A stretch of 62,251 nucleotides of DNA from a virus. Taxonomy: Duplodnaviria; Caudoviricetes. The stretch's first letter is position 1; each line of letters begins with the position of its first letter. This document shows, piece after piece, positions 26,732 to 36,817 of this stretch. The stretch covers positions 1-62,251 of IMG/VR virus record IMGVR_UViG_3300035661_000066; one strand, given 5' to 3'. Position numbers and translations under genes: made by a program. Below the pieces are notes generated by a model. It searched no databases. It was not told the origin of the DNA and saw nothing but the letters and a program-made list of their open reading frames with translations.

Positions 26732-27571
26732 TTAGTACTTGCGGGCGCGAGCCTTGGACGGGGCCTTGCCAGCCACCTTGCCACGCGCCGGCTTCTGCTC
26801 TTGCTCCTCAGCCGGCTGATACGGGAAATCGATCAGCTGCTTGGTTTCCTCGTGTCGGGCGATCAAGGTCTCGATCAGCTCATCCGGCACCTCCTCCAAC
26901 GCCTCGAAGACCACCTTGAACTGGCTCTTGGCATCCGGTACCACCGAGACGCGGGTGAAGACGGCGAACGGTGGACGTTTCATGGTGGCCTCGACCTGCT
27001 TCACGTAGGCAGCATAGCCCTTCACGCTGGTCACCGGCAGCTTCATATAGGCCAGCTCAGCCTCAGCGAAGTGCTCGACGCCGTCAGCCTGGATGAATTC
27101 GCCCTGCTTGTTGAAGCTACCGGCCGAGATCATGGCCACGCGGCGGGTGTTGCGGCAGGCCTTGCCCTTGCCCGTGTCAGCCGAGCCGAACTCGTTCATG
27201 GGGCAGCCATGGCACTGCTCGCACTGGTTGGTACCGGCTTCGACCACGAGCTTATGCGGCTCCATGGTCTTGTCGTCGCGGCCGAAGGCAAAACAAATCG
27301 GCGCCTGCGGGGTATCCGGGTCGTAGCGGCCCTCGTAGTAGACGTTCTCCAGCACGGAGTCGATGACGATGACCGCCATCTCGTTGTTGGGCATCGGGTT
27401 GCCATTGAAGGTCAGAACACCGCTCTTCAGACCGAAGAACTGACCACCAGCGACGGCGGCTTCCTGTGCCGAGGCATCGGTGGCGTACTGGGCGAGCTTG
27501 TCCTGCCAGCTGGTGACGGCAGTAGACTTGGCTTTGGCGACAGCGGTGCCAGCGGGTTTGCGGGTTGCCAT
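26732..27571 (-). CDS. Replication accessory protein (putative ssDNA-binding)
   Basis: CHGCPMNEFGS..GKACRN motif; adjacent to polymerase. Confidence 0.6.
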   Translation of the reverse strand: MATRKPAGTAVAKAKSTAVTSWQDKLAQYATDASAQEAAVAGGQFFGLKSGVLTFNGNPMPNNEMAVIVIDSVLENVYYEGRYDPDTPQAPICFAFGRDDKTMEPHKLVVEAGTNQCEQCHGCPMNEFGSADTGKGKACRNTRRVAMISAGSFNKQGEFIQADGVEHFAEAELAYMKLPVTSVKGYAAYVKQVEATMKRPPFAVFTRVSVVPDAKSQFKVVFEALEEVPDELIETLIARHEETKQLIDFPYQPAEEQEQKPARGKVAGKAPSKARARKY

Positions 27572-27583
27572 AGGTAATGCTCC

Positions 27584-28030
27584 TTAGTTGATGGTGGTGT
27601 TGCCCGGCACGTGCTGGGCGGAATTTACTTCGGCCGACTGCTCAGCCAGCTTGATCAGATCAGGCAGGCAGTCATTGACCAGACTACGGCCGTGCAACTT
27701 CTGAGTCAGGTAGATGGCGGCCGAGGCGAACTGATTACCAGCACCGAAATCGAAGTGCTGGATACCAGTTCTCGACTCAGACTCAATCTTGCGGGCGATG
27801 TTGATGCGCAGCCCCACGACGTCCTGGCCGGTGCCGGCCTTGAGCTCAGCTACCAGCTGCTCGAGCTCGCTGATCAGCATCTGGCGGTCGTTGTCGGTAA
27901 TGCTAGACGAGGATGTGATAACAGTGTTATCCTTGCCGTGGGTGTTGAAGCACAGGTCCCACAGCATCTTGACCATCGTCTTCTCAACCGCCACCTCGAC
28001 GTCCGGGGAGTTGAAGTCGATATTTTCCAT
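27584..28030 (-). CDS. Hypothetical protein
   Basis: Start MENIDF; within operon. Confidence 0.7.
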   Translation of the reverse strand: MENIDFNSPDVEVAVEKTMVKMLWDLCFNTHGKDNTVITSSSSITDNDRQMLISELEQLVAELKAGTGQDVVGLRINIARKIESESRTGIQHFDFGAGNQFASAAIYLTQKLHGRSLVNDCLPDLIKLAEQSAEVNSAQHVPGNTTIN

Positions 28031-28034
28031 AGTG

Positions 28035-28496
28035 CTATACCTTGTTGAGTGAGATAGAGACGGCTTCAAAGGCCTTGACACCGGGAACGTCCTTCTTGTT
28101 TTCCCAGCGTTCCTTAATGGCAGCCGCGCTGATGCTGCGGCTCATCAGGTCGAAGCTGCCGGTTTTCTTGACGTAGGCATAGAACTTGTCCCAGTCCTCG
28201 ACCTGCGGCACCTGCTTGGTGACGACCGTGACGCGCGCCAACTTGCCGGCGACGCCAGTGGCCTCAGACTTGGGCAGGTTGTTGATGACATACTCCTGGA
28301 TCGCCTTGCGCTCCTCATCGAGGGCGTCACTGGCCTTACGCAGGTCACTGATCTGCGCCTTGAGCTCGTACAGGCGATCGGCACAAGCACCGATGGTCTT
28401 CGGAATCTTGAACTTCGGCTTGGCAGCCGTCGCTCGTGAGGTGGGCGTCGCAGGTGCTGCGGCGGGGGTCGCAGCAGGCTTCTTGGATATTGCCAT
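28035..28496 (-). CDS. Hypothetical phage protein, coiled coil
   Basis: VEDWDKFYAYV..VPGV; RBS GAGGA. Confidence 0.75.
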   Translation of the reverse strand: MAISKKPAATPAAAPATPTSRATAAKPKFKIPKTIGACADRLYELKAQISDLRKASDALDEERKAIQEYVINNLPKSEATGVAGKLARVTVVTKQVPQVEDWDKFYAYVKKTGSFDLMSRSISAAAIKERWENKKDVPGVKAFEAVSISLNKV

Positions 28497-28568
28497 AGTA
28501 GAGATCCTCAGCTTGGGTTGAAAGGGGTACCGCAAGTAGATTGTATAACGCAATCTGTAAATAATAAA

Positions 28569-28925
28569 TTACTGGAAGACAAATTTATCAAGCTTAAGTT
28601 TAGCGAGCTCCTGGCGGGCTTTGTGGACAGCGGCGTTGGCGAGCTTCAGCAGCCCTTGCAGCTGGTAGCGGCTGTTATGGTCCAGGCAGCCATGGACCTC
28701 GCCCAGCTGCACGATCGTGAGCAGCTGGCGCCAGCTGAGCCTGAGCTGCGCGGTGCCGGAGCCCTTATCGGCTAACCGCTGCCAAGCCATCAGCAGCCCG
28801 TCGGGGTAGGCTAGCTCGCGGCAGCTCTCAGCATAGTGGTGATCGGCGAGCTGCAGCAGCAGCTGGATCTCGTCAGCTGTCAGCTCAATGTCGAAAGCGG
28901 GGCTTACCGCCAGGCAAATGCGCAT
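28569..28925 (-). CDS. Hypothetical protein
   Basis: Start MRICL after GGAGG. Confidence 0.6.
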   Translation of the reverse strand: MRICLAVSPAFDIELTADEIQLLLQLADHHYAESCRELAYPDGLLMAWQRLADKGSGTAQLRLSWRQLLTIVQLGEVHGCLDHNSRYQLQGLLKLANAAVHKARQELAKLKLDKFVFQ

Positions 28926-29002
28926 TGCGTCTTCCTCCAAAGCCGAACCAGGTGTTAACGTCTCCACCGAAGCTGTCAGTGACAGCTTGAGTTGAACCGC
29001 TC

Positions 29003-29422
29003 TTACTTGGCCAGCAAGCCCTTCCGACGCAGCTGGTTGCGGTACCAGTTGGGGTAGTGCTTCTTGCTGTCGTCCAGCTGGAACTCGGCTTGGATGGCCG
29101 CCCAAACCTCGGCGTTGGTCTTGCCAGCCAGCAGGAGCTCAGTGGCAGCACTGGTGACGGTGCGCCTGGTGGGTTTGGCGGCCAGTTTAGCGGGCGCCGG
29201 CTTGGCTGCTTTGGCCGCCGACTTAGCGGTGGGCGCCGGCTTGGTAGGTACCTCCGCCAGCTGCTTGAGCTGAGCGGCATGCGCCTCAGCGGCAGTCAGG
29301 TTCAGCTCCACCCCGCCATCCACCTTGGTGATGAAGGCCTCGTAGTCGCGGGCGTGGATGCCCAGCTTGCGCAGCACGGTGGTGGCGGAATCGCGACGGG
29401 CGTAGAACTTGGTCTGAGACAT
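29003..29422 (-). CDS. Basic protein with Ala/Lys/Pro linker and 'WYRN' domain
   Basis: C-terminus paralogous to 29512-29898. Confidence 0.8.
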   Translation of the reverse strand: MSQTKFYARRDSATTVLRKLGIHARDYEAFITKVDGGVELNLTAAEAHAAQLKQLAEVPTKPAPTAKSAAKAAKPAPAKLAAKPTRRTVTSAATELLLAGKTNAEVWAAIQAEFQLDDSKKHYPNWYRNQLRRKGLLAK

Positions 29423-29511
29423 GATGGCTCCAGTGGGCAAAAGTAGGCAACATTGCCACGACAGCTGCCGCGTGAGCAGCAGCTGGCATTGCAAGTCGAC
29501 ACAGTGGCTGC

Positions 29512-29898
29512 TTACAGCAGACCTTTCTTCTTCAATTGATTGCGATACCAGCTTGGGTAGCCTTTCTTGCCATCGTCAAGCTGGAACTGGGGTTGAATTA
29601 CTGCCCATACCTCCGCATTGGTCTTCCCAGCCAGCAGCAACTTGGTGGCGACGCTGGTGATGGTTTCAGACTTTGTGGCAGCGGCAGTGGCAGCTTTAGG
29701 AGCAGCTTTAAGCTCCACAAAGATGGCGCTGGTGGTCGGAATGCCGTGGCTGCTGTGCTTCTTCACGAAGGCTTTGGCAGCTGCCTCAGTATCGAACTGC
29801 TGAGCTGCATTGATGTCCTTGGTCACGTCACAGTTCTTAAACTTTGCATCATACTGCTTGATGTAGAACTTGCTCAGCTTATTTTGAATGACGAACAT
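29512..29898 (-). CDS. Early basic protein with 'WYRN' domain
   Basis: First gene after a consensus promoter cassette. Confidence 0.8.
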   Translation of the reverse strand: MFVIQNKLSKFYIKQYDAKFKNCDVTKDINAAQQFDTEAAAKAFVKKHSSHGIPTTSAIFVELKAAPKAATAAATKSETITSVATKLLLAGKTNAEVWAVIQPQFQLDDGKKGYPSWYRNQLKKKGLL

Positions 29899-29901
29899 GG
29901 T

Positions 29902-29979
29902 GTGAGCTCCTCAGCAGTGGCTCGTTGATCATGAGTCTATTATAGTGGGTACCACCACGATTGTAAACTATTATTTTCA
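29902..29979 (-). promoter_or_regulatory. Sigma70 promoter cassette
   Basis: TTTACA(29962-67)-N17-TATAAT(29939-44); leader nearly identical to 16872-16913. Confidence 0.9.
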
Positions 29980-29987
29980 CTAAATTG

Positions 29988-30015
29988 AAAATTTTTGGCG
30001 GCCTAGGCCGCCAAA
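29988..30015 (-). terminator. Probable terminator
   Basis: TTTGGCGGCCTAGGCCGCCAAA palindrome followed by a T-rich tail. Confidence 0.6.
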
Positions 30016-30018
30016 TGA

Positions 30019-30210
30019 TCAACGCGGGGCGTTGGCCAGGAAGAAGTTAATTGGCCAGAACTTCATCGCCATGTCCGGCGCCAGCAGACTGCAGACCAGG
30101 AAAACCCCGATGTAGATGCCCACGCCCCAGATGATCAGCTCCGCCAGCGTCTGCACGGGCGTCTCATCCCAGCTGTCCCGACGCTCCTTCTTGTCCTTGC
30201 GCTTGCCCAT
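30019..30210 (-). CDS. Small membrane protein
   Basis: Basic N-terminus plus one TM helix. Confidence 0.65.
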   Translation of the reverse strand: MGKRKDKKERRDSWDETPVQTLAELIIWGVGIYIGVFLVCSLLAPDMAMKFWPINFFLANAPR

Positions 30211-30221
30211 GGTGGATCTCC

Positions 30222-31103
30222 TTACAGGTCAATCGGGTCCCTGAAGCCGAGGAACACTGGGAACCGCGGCTTGTCCTTGCTGCCGGTGGGGAAGTACTTG
30301 TACTTCACCAGTTGGCCCACCAGCTGGTCACGACGGGCCCACAGCTCATCACGCAGCTCTTGGTTAAACCCGGTGCCGATGTCAAACTCCACCCCGGTCT
30401 TGGCATCCCGCACGTGGAGCCCACCCAAGCAACCTCGCCCCACCTTGTTGGCCTTGTGGCTGGACCGCTCCAGCTGTCCCAGCGCGTTGCGTCTGGCCTC
30501 GTTGGCGTTGTGCAGCAGCTCGTAGCAGCCCGTGATCTCAGCCTCGCTGTCCAGGAGGCGCTTGAGCTTCAGCAGCGCTGCCTCATTCACCGTCGAGCGG
30601 CCCTGCTTGTACAGCGACAGCGGGCTGCGCAGCATGGCGCCTTCGAACCCAGCTGCCAGGTAGCCCTCCTCCGCCGCCTCCAGGGTGGCATGGTCACCCA
30701 CCTGGGCCTGCTGCACCGGTATCACCGGCAGCTTGAGGCTGCGCACCAGCTTGACGGCGGTCAGCATTGCCTGCTGCCGCTGGGTGAACACCCCTGGGGC
30801 GTCCCACTTATCGAAGACCCAGAGCTGCACGTCGGGCTTACCTTTCTCTGCCATGACACCGCTGACCGTGTCGCGGTAGACGGTGGGCGAGGTGGCGGCG
30901 CCGACGATCAGCTCCCCGTCAAAGCCGTTCAGCTCCGGGCGGCCGAACAGCGCCTGCACGTGGCGGTTGGGGATCGGCTTCAGGTTACGGCTAACCACCA
31001 CCGCGTCGATAACGAGGGCGCGCACCCCGTCGAGCTTGGGGCTGACCAGCATGGGGAACTTCAGCTTCTTGAGGTCGGCGGCGACGCCGAGCATGGGTTT
31101 CAT
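30222..31103 (-). CDS. ATP-dependent DNA ligase
   Basis: KPML, SPKLDGVR, FDGEL, EGAMLR, LLKLK, IGTGF, PRFPVF. Confidence 0.95.
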   Translation of the reverse strand: MKPMLGVAADLKKLKFPMLVSPKLDGVRALVIDAVVVSRNLKPIPNRHVQALFGRPELNGFDGELIVGAATSPTVYRDTVSGVMAEKGKPDVQLWVFDKWDAPGVFTQRQQAMLTAVKLVRSLKLPVIPVQQAQVGDHATLEAAEEGYLAAGFEGAMLRSPLSLYKQGRSTVNEAALLKLKRLLDSEAEITGCYELLHNANEARRNALGQLERSSHKANKVGRGCLGGLHVRDAKTGVEFDIGTGFNQELRDELWARRDQLVGQLVKYKYFPTGSKDKPRFPVFLGFRDPIDL

Positions 31104-31107
31104 GATA

Positions 31108-31425
31108 TTAGTCCTTTTGAACGCCGCTACCGCGGCAGGTTTTACAAAGGCGGGTGACGGTACGAAAGCCCTGTGGCTCCTGCACCTTACCACGTCCCCG
31201 GCAATCGGGGCAGGGTGTCGGGTCACGCTCGGTGGGCGCCAGCCGGTAGGCGGTCTCGTAGGCCAGCCGCAGCTGGTGGAAGGTGGTGGCATCCCCACCG
31301 GCATCTGGGTGGTGGAGCTTGGCAAGACGCCGCCAGGCTTGCTTTACCTCATCCTTGGTGGCGTCCGTGGGCAGGCCCAGCTGGATCAGAGCATCCATCA
31401 GCGAGCCCCCTTGGCCAACGCCCAC
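31108..31425 (-). CDS. Minimal DnaJ-like protein (J domain plus zinc finger)
   Basis: LAKLHHPD motif; CPDCRGRG and CKTCRGSG. Confidence 0.85.
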   Translation of the reverse strand: MGVGQGGSLMDALIQLGLPTDATKDEVKQAWRRLAKLHHPDAGGDATTFHQLRLAYETAYRLAPTERDPTPCPDCRGRGKVQEPQGFRTVTRLCKTCRGSGVQKD

Positions 31426-31587
31426 ATCAGCAACAGGCTAGCGCCCATAGCCAACAGGGTTAGCCCCAGGCAGGTAACCAGCAGCAGCACGAGCAGCACC
31501 GCCCCGATCAGCGACCAGCTGGCACGCGCCACTTGATGGCACCTCCTAGCCGCCGCTTGCAGACATAGCTTCAGGGGGCTCATGGGA

Positions 31588-31932
31588 TCAGGCCTCCGGG
31601 AACTGGCGATGCTGGAGCAGCGCCATGGCCAGGTAGTTGATGGCGCCCAGCAGCTCGCGCTCGTAGGCCTCATCATCCAGGTCATCGATGCGGCGGCGCC
31701 CCACCGCCTCCGTCAGCTTCTTGCTGGCTTGGCCGGTCAGGAACCCGCTGCCATGCACCTTAGCCTGGAAGACCCACTGCTGCTTGTAGAACGGCACCGC
31801 GTCACCACCATGACGCTCACCCTTGCCGCCGGTGGCCTGGGCCACGGCGTCCTTGAAGATCAGCTCAAGCGGATGCACCGCCAGCGACACAGCACCGGAA
31901 CCAGCCCTTTTCGTGTTGACGGCCATGGTCAA
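31588..31932 (-). CDS. Hypothetical phage protein
   Basis: QATGGKGERH..GQASKK..ELLGAINYLA. Confidence 0.75.
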   Translation of the reverse strand: MTMAVNTKRAGSGAVSLAVHPLELIFKDAVAQATGGKGERHGGDAVPFYKQQWVFQAKVHGSGFLTGQASKKLTEAVGRRRIDDLDDEAYERELLGAINYLAMALLQHRQFPEA

Positions 31933-32132
31933 GCCTCCTCGTGGCGGGTAAGTAGCTCGTTGATGGCCGCGAGCAGATCCGACTTGCCGGTGGGCAGCTC
32001 ATGCTCGGCGATTGCCACGTCCTTCTTCTTGAAGTCATACTTGGCCACCAGCTCGTCACGCTTGGCACGCGCGTCAGCTTGAGTACCTGCCAGCACCAGA
32101 TGCACACCAGCTTCAACCTTGTAAACTCTCAT
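31929..32132 (-). CDS. Hypothetical protein
   Basis: RBS GAGGA, ATGA overlap downstream. Confidence 0.7.
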   Translation of the reverse strand: MRVYKVEAGVHLVLAGTQADARAKRDELVAKYDFKKKDVAIAEHELPTGKSDLLAAINELLTRHEEA

Positions 32133-32153
32133 TTTTCGATCCTCAGTGTGTGA

Positions 32154-32179
32154 AAAAGAGCCCGGCTTGTAACCGGGCT
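32154..32179 (-). terminator. Intrinsic terminator
   Basis: AGCCCGG stem, loop, CCGGGCT then CTTTT. Confidence 0.75.
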
Positions 32180-32345
32180 AACAGCGTCCACGGGGCAAGG
32201 CCCTGGCTGGGTATGGGGAACCCAACCGGGGGTGGCACTCAGGCTAGGGGAAACGCGTCCTAGGGTCCCAGTCTAGCACGCACCTGAATGCTCCCCCCGG
32301 TTGGGGCTGCGCTGTCTGCCGGACACGCAACCCGCCCCGGAGGGT
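32180..32345 (-). ncRNA. Candidate structured RNA
   Basis: 12-bp perfect outer stem 32221-32232/32294-32305 with nested inner stems; second hairpin 32308-32329. Confidence 0.4.
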
Positions 32346-32346
32346 C

Positions 32347-32577
32347 TTACTCGCTAGCCTTCTCGGCCAGGGCCTTCAGCTCAGCCAGGGTTTCAACCTG
32401 AGCGGCCTTGACGGCGGCGAGCTCGGCCTTGGCGCCGGCTTCCTTGTGGGTGGTTTGGTGTTGGGTCAGGATTTCCTTGACCTTGGCCGTTACGGCCTTG
32501 TGGTGGGCCTTGATGGCCTTGGCAACTTCCTTGGAAACCAGTTCAGCAACTTTCGGGTCATCGATCAGCTTAGCCAT
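32347..32577 (-). CDS. Small Ala/Lys-rich protein
   Basis: 76 aa, RBS AGGAG. Confidence 0.8.
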   Translation of the reverse strand: MAKLIDDPKVAELVSKEVAKAIKAHHKAVTAKVKEILTQHQTTHKEAGAKAELAAVKAAQVETLAELKALAEKASE

Positions 32578-32661
32578 TGTGTAGCTCCTGTGGGTTAAAT
32601 AAAGCTGGGAAGAAGTATCCTCAGCAGATTTAATTCTACTACTCTTTTTACGCGCGGTACA

Positions 32662-32922
32662 TCAAAGTCGATACCAAACTGAAAAATTTTTGCACATTCT
32701 TTTCTCAGCCTTCTTCGCCTCGCGCAACTTGGCAAGCGAGCTGAAAACCACCGCGTAGCTGAAACCAGTGAGGCTCATCAGCTCACTGATGGACTTCGGC
32801 TGCGAGGGCGACAGGGAGGCGTAGACCTGATCAGCCTTGGTGTTGAACTTGGCCTGGTGGGCCGCCCGCTTCTTGGCCGCCGCATTGGCGCGCAGCACCT
32901 GCTGCACGAGATCTTGGAACAT
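32662..32922 (-). CDS. Winged-HTH DNA-binding protein
   Basis: KSISELMSLTGFSYAVVFSSLAKL. Confidence 0.6.
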   Translation of the reverse strand: MFQDLVQQVLRANAAAKKRAAHQAKFNTKADQVYASLSPSQPKSISELMSLTGFSYAVVFSSLAKLREAKKAEKRMCKNFSVWYRL

Positions 32923-35900
32923 GTCAGCCTCCCACTAGGTAAATGTCGGTTAGCCAAGCCAGCAGCGTGCCAACGACAAAGGTCAGCGCCAGCAGCCAGC
33001 AGCTGATTGACCCATGCTTACGCACGCGCTCGATGCGGGTGGCGCCAGGCATGGCCTCACGCAGAAACCCGGCGCTCGGGGCCTCAAGGATGTAGCGACG
33101 ACCGTCGGGCAGCCAGACACGGAAGCGACGGCGCTTGTTGGTGAAGATTCTGGTGTTCAAGGTACTCTCCCATTTATGGCGTGCTTGGTCGGTCACGGTG
33201 ATTAATGGTTCAGCAGCACGCCATACGCAATCGCCAGCAGCGATGCAAACACTACACAGCAAGATAAAGCAAATACCTTACCCCGCTAACAGTTAGTTTC
33301 CTTCGCCTTATTGGCCTGCTCGTTCAAGACAAACTCAATGAGCCGTCCCACGTGGTAAGCAAGCAACGCGTGGTTTTCAATGACGTCATCTAGCTTCAAA
33401 ATCTCGTTTCTAACAGGATCAAATTGTTGCTTGGTATTCACTGTTTGTTCTCCTACTTTTTGAGCCATTCGACATAGGCTTTGCAACGAAAATACGAAGC
33501 GATGCCGAAAGCAACGAAGAGAAGCCCGAGAATCGCTCCCTGCCAAAAGTCCGTCATTTGATGCCCTTCCATTGACACCCGGCACACGCCGGGTCGTCGT
33601 TTTCCAGTTGATACCGGCACTCGGGCGGCAGCCAACCTGTGGATTGGATCGGCGGCCTGTTGTGGCAAGAGTGTCGGTATCGGTCTACGGTCACACGCTG
33701 ACCATTGATGACGAGTTCAACCGGCATTGTTGGCGCCTTTCAGTCTGGCCTCGATGGCGCGGGCAAATAGCAAATCGAAATCGTCTCCGCCCATTCCATC
33801 TGTAATCTCGATTGAATCTCGAACGTCAAAAATGTCCGCATCCGTCAGCGCCTGCGCCGGTTGCTGCAATCCGTAAGCATTCAATGCGAAACAGACCCAT
33901 TTAGCCAATTGATCATCAGCCAGTGCGTTTCCCTCACCGTCCTCATATGTGCCGCACCAAATGTCATGCTTGTGGTCGGCATCGTGAACCTCGCCTAGTC
34001 CGGGTGCATGGAACTTCTGCGCCGGTTGCTCCGGCTGCGGCGCGGCGGCGAGCATGTCACGCAACGCATTGCCCGCTTCATGCATGTCAAGCAGTGACGA
34101 AAAGCTCAGAACAACGCGGTGTGACATGCCACCACCAGCGGTCACGCTTTCCATCGACACCGCGCCCTTTTTCAGACACTCCGGAACGGCCACCGGCTCG
34201 GGCGGGATGGCGGCGAGGATATGACGAACCTTAGCTTTGAAGTCGTCTTTACCCTTTTCAGGCATGTATTCCCACGGGTAGTCGAACGATTCGGCCAGCC
34301 ATTTGGCCGCCTCGGCGATCTTCATGTCTCGGTCTTGGCTCATTTCTTCACCGCTTCCATAACGTTGTCGCCAGCGGCCTTCAGTAGCGCGGCGGTCTTG
34401 TCGAAAGGCCAGCGCCGGTAGTCTTCCGCGCTGGCCGGTAGCGTCACAACATCAGCAACCACGGCGACCGGCGTCAGCACGACAGCAACAGCCGCCTTTA
34501 GCAGATTTGCAATCATTTCCCTGCCTCCCTCAGTGCGGCGCGGCCTGCTTGCCATGCAGCCCATGACATCAGTTCCAGCGCCGACGAATACTGCTTAGGG
34601 TTACTTCCGGCGTCATAGTCAAGGGTGTAACCCTGTCGTGTCGCCCACGCTTCAAACTCTTCCCGCTCCCCCGCCTCGTCATGCGCTGGCAGCACGGGGG
34701 CGGCGTAGAGTGGTTCGTTGGTAAGCCCGGTTACCTCGTGGAATGGGCCGCATGCGCTGACGTAACCACATTCGTCAGCGTTGCCATATTGCGGTGCATA
34801 GGCCCGGTACATGACCGGCACCGCCTCGCACTTGGCCAGCAGGGCGGCGAGGTCGACATCCATGATGGCTTCCCGCTGGCTCATGGCGTCATTTTCGCTA
34901 TGCAGCCAACGGGCGTAGATCTCGTTTCTCACCATCTCGCCGAATTTCTTTGCGTCAGTCAGCATGGCTCAGTCCTCGTAGATGCCGTGGAGCGTCTTGA
35001 ACATGCGCAGCAGACGGTCTGCGCCAATTTCACATATCGCAGCTTTTGCTTGAGATGCCGTCTGGAAGCACGGAGATATTCCGCCGATAGCTTCAATGGC
35101 AGCCAAGTGATCAACACACACTGCTTCGCTATGCACAAACCGGATAACAAACGGGCTGTCCCCAGCAAAGCATTCTTGCGTCCCCGGCTGATGGCGCAGC
35201 AACAGCAACGTGTCGATGGCGTCGGCGTAGGCGCGCGCCACCTCTGCTGATTGGAAGAAGTTGCCGTGGTTGTATAGCTCGGGGTTGCCGTGGCGCATCA
35301 TGCCGTTGAAAACCGTAAGACGGCCATTAAGGCTATGCAGCCACCAGAACCTCTTCGCCTTAGTCAGCAGCGACGGCGCGCGCTCGGGCGCTTCGATGAT
35401 GGCGCGCAAGGCTGCGGCCTCGGCTTCCAGCGCGGTCAGGCGCTGCAGGGCTTGGTTCTTGTCCATGTTACTCGCTCCTATTTAGCAGTTGCTAAGAATG
35501 GCGTAAGCCTTGCAGCAACCGAGCAGCTCCTTAGCGGTGGCATCGGCTTCCTCGAAAGTCGTGAACGGGAAAGCTCCTCGAACATTACTGTCGTAGAGAA
35601 TCACCTGCGGCGTGCGCGGGACGTTGATCACGTCGGCAACAAAACCCTCTCGGGTATTAATGAAGTAAAGCGCCATTTCGGTTCCCCTGTTATCAGTTTG
35701 GCAACATCGCCACGACAGCCGCCTTGTTAAAAGCGACTGTCGTGGCGGGGTTGTCAGTTATGCATAATCTTCGGCATCGAATTGCGTCAAAAGAGTACCA
35801 AACCCGTCTGCGTCATCTTTCGCGTAATACCAATCGCAGATGATATCGATGCCGTTCCCCAGAACGAGATAAACGCAGTGGTGAGATTTCCCCTTGGCGA

Positions 35901-36443
35901 AGTACAAGCCGGCCTCGTCGAGATTAAAAATAAGTTCCATGGCCGCTTTCATGTCATTAACCTTGGCATATACATCTCCGTCATGTACGCCGGCCACCTT
36001 CCAATCATTCTGATCCATGTAGGCGATCAGATTTGCGACGATGCGTCGCTCAAGCTTTCCGTTGGCGCTGACCTTCCGCCCATATCGATTGAGCATAAGA
36101 GCATCAATATCGAGCGCCGGCGCTTGAATGATTTCTTTCTCCACCGCTATCTCCTTTTCTGTGTTCGGCAACATCGCCAGCGAAAGCCACTCCGGGGAAT
36201 GGCTTTGACTTGCGGGGTTGTTAGGCGGCGGTCTTCGTCATTTCGCATTCTGCAAAGAAATCTTGCGAGTAACGGATATAGTCGCCGACCTGAACCTGGC
36301 GAGCGTACCCGCCCTTGGTCCAGCTAAACGGGGTCTTGCTGTCCATCGCTTCGTAGGCGGCCATGGTCTGCAGGTTGATCAGTGCAACGGTGTGGTTGGA
36401 TTGGTTCATTTCGTTCCCCTGCATTCGTTGTGTTGATGTAGTT

Positions 36444-36483
36444 ACTATAACCCGCCGCGCCAGTTTGTAAACCATTATTTTCA
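36444..36483 (-). promoter_or_regulatory. Sigma70-like promoter
   Basis: TGAAAATAATGG-TTTACA-N16-TATAGT; same UP element as other copies. Confidence 0.75.
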
Positions 36484-36496
36484 AAATTTTGGCAAC

Positions 36497-36817
36497 TTAT
36501 AGCTGATCCACTGGGCGGCTTGAGATGCGGTAGTACCGCGTCCGCCCGATGGTCATGGTCTGCAGGCCTGGGACCTGCTGCCACGCCAGGTAGCGCCCCA
36601 TCGTCACGTGCATGGAGTTGAACCGCACCCCAGTCGCCTGCGCCAGCCGCTTGGTCGAGAACCACTGGTGGCGGTGGCTGCGCAGGAAGTGCTCAATGGC
36701 GTCACGGTGCGTGGGGCGACGACCTGGCTCGCCGGCGCGCCGTCGCTTGGGCACGGCCGGCTTAGGTACCACCGGCGACGGGAGCAGCTGCACGAGCTGA
36801 GCCAGGGCCAGGTTCAT
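36497..36817 (-). CDS. Putative HTH DNA-binding protein
   Basis: WFSTKRLAQATGVRFNSMHVTMGRY. Confidence 0.5.
   Translation of the reverse strand: MNLALAQLVQLLPSPVVPKPAVPKRRRAGEPGRRPTHRDAIEHFLRSHRHQWFSTKRLAQATGVRFNSMHVTMGRYLAWQQVPGLQTMTIGRTRYYRISSRPVDQL

Noticed and set aside
28533-28568. Additional copy of the sigma70 promoter
   Set aside because: TTTACA and TACAAT are only 10 nt apart, and alternative pairings are weak
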